DNA of 64,000 nucleotides from an uncultured Planctomycetia bacterium (GTDB lineage Bacteria; Omnitrophota; Gorgyraeia; Tantalellales; Tantalellaceae). Below the pieces are notes generated by a model. It did no database searches and was not told the DNA's origin. It saw only the letters and a program-made list of their open reading frames with translations. Made by a program: the position numbers and the translations under genes. Of this stretch, positions 57,310-64,000 are shown piece after piece (position 1 is the first letter of the stretch; every line of letters starts with the position of its first letter). The stretch is taken from the NCBI GenBank assembly GCA_964409365.1, contig CAYPCX010000003.1, positions 84,577 to 148,576 on the forward strand, given 5' to 3'.

Positions 57310-58767
57310 ATGTCGGCAAAAATATCGCAAAATATTAACAGTTTTTTCACGAAACAGCTGATCAATTTTTTGCCTTTCTTTTTAAAAAGGGCGTCCAAGA
57401 AGAACCTTATAAGTATGTTCGAACTTGCGGCCAAATTCGCCCACACTGAAGAGGACAAAAAAGACATATCCGGAACTATCTGGCGATTGAAGAACAATTA
57501 CGGGACCCTGGATTTTTTCAAACGCCTTATTGATGAACTAAATCCGCGATGCATGAAAAAGTTTTTCGAGAACGCGCATCTGGTCCATCACGATATCAGC
57601 AAAATAGGCCTGGAATTCCGGGAAAGGGAAGGTTTCCGCGGTCCCGATGTCCTGGTGCTCGATGTCACGGCCAGATGTAATTTGCGATGTAAGGGATGCT
57701 GGGCCGGGGAGTATGATAAGAAGGCCGAAGATCTCGATATGAAGCTGATCGAAAAAGCACTGGATGAGGCAAGATACAAAATAGGGCTTAACCATATCGC
57801 CGTAACAGGGGGAGAACCTCTTATAAGAGAAAACCTTTTTGACATCTTTGAGAAATACTCCGATTGCCAATTCATACTCTATACCAATGGGACGCTTTTA
57901 ACGGACGAGAAGATAAAGAAAATAGCCGAATTAGGGAACGTTTATGTGCTTTTAAGCATTGAAGGCAATGAGGAATATACTGACGCGAGAAGGGGGGAAG
58001 GCGTATATAAAAAGGTCATTAACGCCATGGAGAGGTTGAAGAAAGCCGGTGTCATATTCGGCTTTTCAAGCTGTCCTACCCGCGAAAATATCGAATACCT
58101 GGCCAGTGACGAGTTCGTCGATACCATGCTTGAAAAAGGCTGCCATTACGGTTTCTATTTCCAGTATGTTCCGGTCGGAAGGGATCCCGATCCTGAATTA
58201 ATGCCCACGCCCGAGCAAAGGAATGCCGTAAGGTATAGTCTTTACAGGCACAGGAACACAAAACCGATACTTTTGATCGATTTCTGGAATGACGGCCCTG
58301 AGGTCAACGGTTGCATGGCCGGTGGCAGGAAATACCTTCATATAACGAATAACGGTGACATTGAACCCTGTGTTTTTGTCCATTTTGCCGTAGGTAACAT
58401 CAAGGATATGAGCATAACAGATGCGCTTAAGTCGTCTTTTTTCACTGAGATAAGGAACAATATTCCCTATGACGGCAATCTTTTAAGGCCATGTATGATA
58501 ATCGACAGGCCTTACGTCCTAAGAGGCCTGGTCGAAAAACATAAAGCTTACGCTTCCGACAGGGATGCGGAACTTTTGTTCACCAAGTGCAAGGATGCGC
58601 TTGATAATTATTCCAAAGAATTAAGCGAAGTATTGGACAAGGAATGGGAGGCGGGAAAATGGATGTGTTTCTACCCGTCACCGGAGAGGCCCGAGATAAT
58701 AGGCCTTGATAAAGACAAAGCCGATGTCACGGCCTCGCATGGAACCCGATCTCCCGTTTCCGCTTAG
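57310..58767 (+). CDS. Radical SAM/SPASM-twitch protein
   Basis: CNLRCKGC, TGGEP, YTNGTL, DFWNDG..GCMAGGR, EPCVF, RPC. Confidence 0.92.
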   Translation: MSAKISQNINSFFTKQLINFLPFFLKRASKKNLISMFELAAKFAHTEEDKKDISGTIWRLKNNYGTLDFFKRLIDELNPRCMKKFFENAHLVHHDISKIGLEFREREGFRGPDVLVLDVTARCNLRCKGCWAGEYDKKAEDLDMKLIEKALDEARYKIGLNHIAVTGGEPLIRENLFDIFEKYSDCQFILYTNGTLLTDEKIKKIAELGNVYVLLSIEGNEEYTDARRGEGVYKKVINAMERLKKAGVIFGFSSCPTRENIEYLASDEFVDTMLEKGCHYGFYFQYVPVGRDPDPELMPTPEQRNAVRYSLYRHRNTKPILLIDFWNDGPEVNGCMAGGRKYLHITNNGDIEPCVFVHFAVGNIKDMSITDALKSSFFTEIRNNIPYDGNLLRPCMIIDRPYVLRGLVEKHKAYASDRDAELLFTKCKDALDNYSKELSEVLDKEWEAGKWMCFYPSPERPEIIGLDKDKADVTASHGTRSPVSA

Positions 58768-59269
58768 CCGGGGGCGGTTCCATTAGCTTTCTGATGGCTT
58801 CAAAGATCGCACAGATCTCCCCGTCATGTTTTTCAACTTTTCGTTCCAACTCGGCTAATTTATGCATTAGCTCCTTATGCGTGACGACCATTTCTTTGAG
58901 TTTCACAAAAACTCGCATAATAGCAATGTTTACCTGCGCTGCCCGTTCGCTGTTCAATACGCTGGAAAGCATCAAGATCCCATGCTCGGTGAATGTATAA
59001 GGTAGATACCGTCTGCCTCCTCGTTTTGAGGTTTCAAATTGAAACCTCAAACTTTCGCTTTCCGCTCTATTCAGTTGGAACATGAAGTCCTTTGGAAAAC
59101 GATTTTTATTGCGCCTTACAGCCAGATTTAAAGATTTCGTGGGTACTCCATAAAGGATCGCCAGATCTTTGTCCAGCATCACTTTCTTGCCCCTGATCAG
59201 CAGTATTTTACCCGCGATGGTCTTCTGCGAAATCAGTCCTGTCATAACCGTTTTCTTCCGTTTCCCCAT
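58727..59269 (-). CDS. ORF6N-domain DNA-binding protein, copy 1
   Basis: IRGKKVMLDKDLAILYGV, RFPKDFMFQL, GGRRYLPYTFTEHG, SSVLNS, C-terminal IGF. Confidence 0.92.
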   Translation of the reverse strand: MGKRKKTVMTGLISQKTIAGKILLIRGKKVMLDKDLAILYGVPTKSLNLAVRRNKNRFPKDFMFQLNRAESESLRFQFETSKRGGRRYLPYTFTEHGILMLSSVLNSERAAQVNIAIMRVFVKLKEMVVTHKELMHKLAELERKVEKHDGEICAIFEAIRKLMEPPPAKRKREIGFHARP

Positions 59270-59310
59270 AAAACCTCCCTATCCTCAAATTTAATACTGT
59301 GGATTCCATA

Positions 59311-59351
59311 CCCTCACAATATTAGACACATTTCCCGCCCAAATTCTTTCA
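59311..59351 (-). promoter_or_regulatory. Conserved 41-bp element upstream of ORF6N copy 1 (ECF-like promoter)
   Basis: 39/41 identical to 61885-61925; minus strand TGAAAGAA..TGTCTAATATTGTGAG. Confidence 0.7.
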
Positions 59352-59379
59352 CTTTTTTTTGAATTATCCAGGTATATGC

Positions 59380-59408
59380 TTGCCATAAGAACGCCTTAGA
59401 CTTATAAT
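59380..59408 (+). promoter_or_regulatory. Sigma70-type promoter
   Basis: TTGCCA-N17-TATAAT. Confidence 0.6.
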
Positions 59409-59462
59409 TTGTACTCAAGGCCTGTTAATAGGGCAGGGCACAAAACGTAAAGGGAACACATA

Positions 59463-60119
59463 ATGCTGAAGAAAAAGGCTGAAGCGATAATCAGGGATAT
59501 CGGCAGGGCCGACCGGGTATTCACGATCAACAGGAATAAAGCCGCTTTTATAGTCGTCGATATGCAGAACTTCGTCTGTAAACCCAAGAAAAGCCCCAAA
59601 AAGATGATCGGCATTAAAAAGGTCGTCACCAATATCAACAGGATCGCCGACCTGTGCCGCCGGACGAACATACCCGTAATATGGATAAGGCAGAATTTCA
59701 CCATGAAAAAGGGCAAAAGCGACGGCGGCCTGTACGATAAATTCCACAAAACGCCTTTATCCCGCGAGATAACGAACCGAAGGCCCGGCACGGAGATCTA
59801 CAAAGAGCTCCATTTCGACGGGAAAAAGGACCACGTCGTGTTCAAGAACAGGTACAGCGCTTTCGAGAGCAAAATATCAAAACTGGATAATTTGCTGAAG
59901 AAGCTCGGGAAGAAACAGCTGATCTTCGCCGGTGCCGCCGTGAACGTATGCGTTGAAAGCACCATCCGTGACGCCATGCAGAAAGGGTATGAAGCCACGC
60001 TGGTCTCCGACGCGACCACGACTTTCGACAAGGCGCTTTTGGAAGCCAGCCTGTTCAATATTAAAATATACTTCGGCGACGTCCTGGACACGGCCGGCGT
60101 CTTAAAAGAACTGGCATAA
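59463..60119 (+). CDS. Isochorismatase-family cysteine hydrolase (RutB-like)
   Basis: VVDMQN, KNRYSAF, NVCVESTIRDA. Confidence 0.9.
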   Translation: MLKKKAEAIIRDIGRADRVFTINRNKAAFIVVDMQNFVCKPKKSPKKMIGIKKVVTNINRIADLCRRTNIPVIWIRQNFTMKKGKSDGGLYDKFHKTPLSREITNRRPGTEIYKELHFDGKKDHVVFKNRYSAFESKISKLDNLLKKLGKKQLIFAGAAVNVCVESTIRDAMQKGYEATLVSDATTTFDKALLEASLFNIKIYFGDVLDTAGVLKELA

Positions 60120-60131
60120 AAAAGGAACCCC

Positions 60132-60911
60132 ATGAAAACACATCTTTTTTATTTTTCCGCTACCGGCAACTCATTGAAGATCGCCAATGACCTGGCAAAA
60201 GAGCTCGGAGAGACCCGGGTCTTTTCTATCCCAAAGGTCATACATGAAACCCCCGATCTATCGGCCGAGCGTATAGGCATTGTCTTTCCCATGTACTACG
60301 GGGGGATCCCCAATATCGTCAAAAGGTTTATTGGTACGATCACCCCTGAGCCGGGGAAATACCTGTTCGCCGTCACCAGCGGAAGAGACGAAAATTCCCC
60401 CATGGGCGCCCTGGACCTGGCCCGGAAACTCTTCAGGAAAAAAGGCCTGGATCTATCGGCCGGTTTCTTCGTCCGGATGCCGGGAAATTATCTTCTCATG
60501 TACGATATCATATCGAAAGAAGAGCAGGAAGACCGGCTCAAGGAAGAAGAGGCCAGGGTCAGGGAGATCGCGGGAAAGATCACCGCCGGCGAGCGCTCCA
60601 TCGAAAAAGGCTCCTTTCTGGCGAACTGGCTGCTTTCCGGGGTAATGCACGGCATCGCCTCCTCAAGATTCGCGACGGCGGACAAATACCTCCGGGTAGA
60701 CGAGAAATGTACGCATTGCGGTACGTGCGAAAAGGTGTGCCCTGTCCGTAATATCAGGCTGCGGGACGGGGTCCCGACCTGGCTGCATCACTGCGAACAC
60801 TGCCTGGCGTGCCTGCACTGGTGTCCGGCCGGTGCGATCCAATGCGGGAAGAACACGGCGGGCCGTACCCGCTACAGAAATCCCCGGATAACGCTCGAGG
60901 ATCTCACATGA
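60132..60911 (+). CDS. EFR1-family flavodoxin-ferredoxin fusion
   Basis: YFSATGNS, MPGNY, CTHCGTCEKVCP, CEHCLACLHWCP. Confidence 0.92.
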   Translation: MKTHLFYFSATGNSLKIANDLAKELGETRVFSIPKVIHETPDLSAERIGIVFPMYYGGIPNIVKRFIGTITPEPGKYLFAVTSGRDENSPMGALDLARKLFRKKGLDLSAGFFVRMPGNYLLMYDIISKEEQEDRLKEEEARVREIAGKITAGERSIEKGSFLANWLLSGVMHGIASSRFATADKYLRVDEKCTHCGTCEKVCPVRNIRLRDGVPTWLHHCEHCLACLHWCPAGAIQCGKNTAGRTRYRNPRITLEDLT

Positions 60912-61318
60912 AAATAATAATAGACACCAACCTGTTAGTGGCCTGTATGTTCAATAAAAGCAGCGCTTCCGCCCGGATCATACGCCAGGCCGAAGAGGGC
61001 GCTGTCGATGTGATGTGGCATCAAAAGACCCGGAACGAAGCGCGATTCATTGTAGACCAGATCCAGAGGGCGGTCCCGAAAGTGAAGATCGACCTGGACA
61101 AGGTGTTCAGGGAACAGAACGAAGTGAAAGATATGCCAAGAATTGAAGATGCTTCCGAAGACCCTGAAGACAATAAGTTCCTGGCATGCGCCGTAGCGGC
61201 CGGGGCCGATATGATCGTTTCGAACGACGCGCACCTCCGGAAGCTTAAAAAGTTTCAAGGTATTCCCATTTATACCTCTCGCCGGGCCCTGGAGATCATA
61301 AAAAAGGAACACGCGTGA
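60908..61318 (+). CDS. PIN-domain putative toxin (PIN_3-like)
   Basis: IIIDTNLLV, DPEDNKFLACA, IVSNDAHL; ATGA overlap with EFR1 gene. Confidence 0.87.
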   Translation: MKIIIDTNLLVACMFNKSSASARIIRQAEEGAVDVMWHQKTRNEARFIVDQIQRAVPKVKIDLDKVFREQNEVKDMPRIEDASEDPEDNKFLACAVAAGADMIVSNDAHLRKLKKFQGIPIYTSRRALEIIKKEHA

Positions 61319-61347
61319 CGGAACACAAAGATGTCTCTATCACCCCT

Positions 61348-61848
61348 TCACATGAAACCCGATCCCCGTTTCTTTTTAGCCGGAGGCGGTTCCATTAGCT
61401 TCCTGATAGCGTCGAAAACGATCTTAAATTGTCCGTCATATTTCTTTTCCAAAGTTTCAATTTTTCTCCTTAGACTTTCATACGTCATGATCATTCTCCG
61501 CATACTCACAAATACCCGCATGATCTGAATATTCGCCTTAATTGCCCTTTTGCTGTTCAATACACTCGATAGCATTGCGACCCCTTGCTCGGTAAACACG
61601 CAAGGCAAGTATCTCCGTCCGCCCCAACTTGAGGTCACAAATTGTGACCTCAAGATTGTAACTTCTTTATTTGTAATGATAAACATAAAATCCCCAGGAA
61701 AGCGATCACGATTTCTCTTTACTGCTTGCAATAAAACCTTTGTTTGAACATCATAGAGTTCCGCCAAATCCCTATCTAGCATTACGTTATACCCCCGGAT
61801 CCGATATATCTTGGTCTTAATGTCCTCCAGCGAAACCCTTTTTCCCAT
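61348..61848 (-). CDS. ORF6N-domain DNA-binding protein, copy 2
   Basis: IRGYNVMLDRDLAELYDV, RFPGDFMF, GGRRYLP.VFTEQGVAMLSSVLNS; start MGKR at 61848 (alternative 61881). Confidence 0.92.
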   Translation of the reverse strand: MGKRVSLEDIKTKIYRIRGYNVMLDRDLAELYDVQTKVLLQAVKRNRDRFPGDFMFIITNKEVTILRSQFVTSSWGGRRYLPCVFTEQGVAMLSSVLNSKRAIKANIQIMRVFVSMRRMIMTYESLRRKIETLEKKYDGQFKIVFDAIRKLMEPPPAKKKRGSGFM

Positions 61849-61884
61849 GCTTTTCCCCCTTCTTGATATCTTCCTTTTCATGAA

Positions 61885-61925
61885 CCCTCACTATATTAGA
61901 CACATCTCCCGCCCAAATTCTTTCA
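61885..61925 (-). promoter_or_regulatory. Conserved 41-bp element upstream of ORF6N copy 2 (ECF-like promoter)
   Basis: 39/41 identical to 59311-59351; contains TGTCTAATATAGTGAG also found at 2220-2235. Confidence 0.7.
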
Positions 61926-61957
61926 ATTTTTTCGTTTTTTTAGTAAAATAACAATTG

Positions 61958-62998
61958 ATGCCTACTAAACTCCGCTATGAAACGGACCCGTACAACCGGC
62001 TTATCCTGGCCCCCAAGGGCAAGAAAAGCCCCCTCAGGAAATACCGCCGCGTCCTGACCGGCCGCTTTAAAACAGACGCCAAAAACACCCTTATTTACAC
62101 CGTAAGGGCCCCTCTGGCGGCCGAAGGGAAGGACCTGCCCCACCAGCTCCGCCTGAAGGGGAAATGGTCCCTGACAGAGGATCATGACCTGCGCCTCACC
62201 CTGGATAAGAAGGGCAGGGACACCCTCCAGGACAAGATAACCCTCAAGGGCGAGATACTGGACGTCAAAAAGAATTCGCTCCTTTTTGCCGTCACCACCA
62301 AGACAAAAAAGAACACGCGCCTCACGTACGTCCTGGAGCTCGGCGGCACCTGGCAGGCCGACCGCAACAACCGCCTGACCTTCCACGTCCAGAAAGAAAA
62401 GGGACGCCACGATATCCTCACCTTAAAGGGCGCCTGGGACATCAATAAAGACCACCAGATCACATACACCTATGAAAAAGCCTCCCTCCTCAGGAAAAAG
62501 AAAAAGACACACACCCTCACGTTCAAGGGCCACTGGAACGTCACCGAGAGACACCGCATATCCTACGAGCTCAGCAAAGCCTCCGATCCCGCCTTCACCT
62601 TCAGGACAAGCGCCGGCATATTCGAAGGTAACCGCATTATATACGAACTGGGTATCGGCTTATCCGGCAGCTCAAAGCCCGTCAAACGCACCCTGACGCT
62701 CTCCGGCAGGTGGAAACTGCTGAAAAACGTGGGCCTCGTCTTTGAGGTGAAATACAAAGATAAAAAACCGTACTCCATGGTCTTCGGGGCCGATGCCGAG
62801 CTCACCGACAAAGACACGGTCCTCTTCCGTCTCACCAACGACATGGAGAACAAAGACCTTGAACTGTCCCTGGAACTATCCCGCAAGATACTCAAGGGTG
62901 ACGGTGAGGCGTTCGTAAGGTTCCTTAGGCGCAGGTCCTCGTCATTCCCGCGCAAGCGGGAATCTGCCGTATACGTAGGAGCGGGGTGGGGATTTTAA
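61958..62998 (+). CDS. Basic all-beta repeat protein of unknown function
   Basis: About 30-aa repeats L-x-L-x-G-x-W...(N/H)-x-L-x-(F/Y); C-terminus VYVGAGWGF; no signal peptide seen. Confidence 0.75.
   Translation: MPTKLRYETDPYNRLILAPKGKKSPLRKYRRVLTGRFKTDAKNTLIYTVRAPLAAEGKDLPHQLRLKGKWSLTEDHDLRLTLDKKGRDTLQDKITLKGEILDVKKNSLLFAVTTKTKKNTRLTYVLELGGTWQADRNNRLTFHVQKEKGRHDILTLKGAWDINKDHQITYTYEKASLLRKKKKTHTLTFKGHWNVTERHRISYELSKASDPAFTFRTSAGIFEGNRIIYELGIGLSGSSKPVKRTLTLSGRWKLLKNVGLVFEVKYKDKKPYSMVFGADAELTDKDTVLFRLTNDMENKDLELSLELSRKILKGDGEAFVRFLRRRSSSFPRKRESAVYVGAGWGF
62941..62965. repeat. ATTCCC-N8-GGGAAT palindromic element inside the CDS
   Basis: GTCATTCCCGCGCAAGCGGGAATCT, translated as SFPRKRES. Confidence 0.7.
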
Positions 62999-63034
62999 GT
63001 TAAAATACCAGCGTGAAAGGGAGGAGGGGCTTTT

Positions 63035-63118
63035 ATGGCACTTTATAACATTATAGCAATAGGGATTATCATACTCCTGGTGGTCCTTCTTGTGTGGCAG
63101 CGCTCTAAAAAAGGCTAA
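63035..63118 (+). CDS. 27-aa single-TM small protein (not in ORF track)
   Basis: GGAGGAGGGG SD; MALYNIIAIGIIILLVVLLVWQRSKKG*. Confidence 0.6.
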   Translation: MALYNIIAIGIIILLVVLLVWQRSKKG

Positions 63119-63317
63119 TTAGTAAGCTCTATGGTAGGGGGAATGCTTTAACGAAGGTTTATCGACCGGGCATGCGCGAGTTGTGAAAGGGGACAACGAA
63201 TAGTTTTTTGGCATAACCCCTTGTATGTTCAGAATATATCATTAAGATATATGTGTTGTATGATACAATTTTATTAAAGTTAACAGTCCTGAGCATTTAA
63301 TAATAAGAGGAGAAACC

Positions 63318-64000
63318 ATGAAATCTAACAAAATTACTTGGCCGGTTTTGATCATTTCAGCACAATTTAATGCAACGAATGATGAAGGCTTCCGGCTGAG
63401 GGAGCTGGAAGAGGAACTTACAGAGGTCTGGCATTGCAGCGTTATCCCTTCTTTCAGTTATGAAGACGGGTATGAGGTGTTCCGGTCGAGGTCCGATTTC
63501 GGGTGTATAGTCATCGACTGGGATATACCCAAAGAAACCCCCAAAGAAAAGATCTCTCCCATGCAGATCGTAAGACTTATGCGGGAAAGGCATAAAAAAA
63601 TCCCGATACTGCTTTTGACCGGACGCATGGAAACGGGAAAGATCCCGGCGGAGACACTTGAAGATATTAACGAATGTCTCTGGAAGACCGCGGATACGAT
63701 CCAGTTCCTGGCAGGGAGGATAGACAGGCATATTGTAGAATATATTAAAGGAGTATATCCTCCCTTTTTCGGAGAGCTTGTCGAGTATGCCAGTGAATTC
63801 AAGTACGCGTGGCACACCCCGGGCCATATGGGCGGCACAGGGTTCTTGAGGTCCCCCGCGGGCGCCGCATTTTTCAAGTTTTTCGGTGAGAACATGCTCA
63901 GGTCCGATCTTTCCATCTCGGTGCCTGAACTCGGGTCTCTTTTGGACCACAGCGGGGTAACGGGCGAGGCGGAAAAAAACTCCGCAAAGGTCTTCGGGGC
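63318..64000 (+). CDS. Orn/Lys/Arg decarboxylase with N-terminal wing domain (AdiA/LdcC-like), 3'-truncated
   Basis: Translated by hand: IDWD, YPPFFGELVEY, AWHTPGHMGG, FFGENMLRSDLSISVPELGSLLDHSG; GAGGAG SD. Confidence 0.93.
   Translation, partial: MKSNKITWPVLIISAQFNATNDEGFRLRELEEELTEVWHCSVIPSFSYEDGYEVFRSRSDFGCIVIDWDIPKETPKEKISPMQIVRLMRERHKKIPILLLTGRMETGKIPAETLEDINECLWKTADTIQFLAGRIDRHIVEYIKGVYPPFFGELVEYASEFKYAWHTPGHMGGTGFLRSPAGAAFFKFFGENMLRSDLSISVPELGSLLDHSGVTGEAEKNSAKVFG

Noticed and set aside
58727-62998. Prophage remnant because of ORF6N and PIN genes
   Set aside because: No structural, replication or integrase genes; intervening genes are metabolic
63357-63950. Minus-strand ORFs at the window end
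   Set aside because: Antisense to the decarboxylase starting at 63318, which the track omitted because it has no stop in the window
1-64000. CRISPR array, rRNA, tRNA, integrase, transposase or reverse transcriptase
   Set aside because: No regularly spaced repeat-spacer series, RNA gene signature or such protein motifs seen by eye

Overview
A gene-dense, GC-rich chromosomal window from a diderm bacterium (OprB porin, lipoproteins, many signal-peptide proteins), probably an anaerobe. Gene style suggests Candidatus Omnitrophota/PVC, but that is inference only. About 68 CDS are supported. They include a P-type ATPase, an ECF sigma/ZAS anti-sigma/Spy operon, a maltodextrin module (OprB, MalQ, MFS), a lipase-glpK-G3P dehydrogenase operon, a partner-switching locus, trkAH, csp/RRM genes, a radical SAM enzyme, two ORF6N genes and a truncated Orn/Lys/Arg decarboxylase. 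I saw no rRNA, tRNA, CRISPR array or transposase. Best leads: (1) an ECF-type promoter (G[G/A]AACTT-N16-GTCTAA) seen three times, with a same-spacing variant in a 39/41-identical element before both ORF6N genes; (2) a STAS / Cache-PP2C-kinase locus carrying two apparent pseudo-enzymes (ALDH Cys->Gly, alpha/beta hydrolase Ser->Gly); (3) a full-length PLD-SF2 helicase with most catalytic motifs altered; (4) several palindromic or miniature elements, and an A7 tract that fuses an ArsR to a secreted protein. All family calls come from motif recognition, not database searches.
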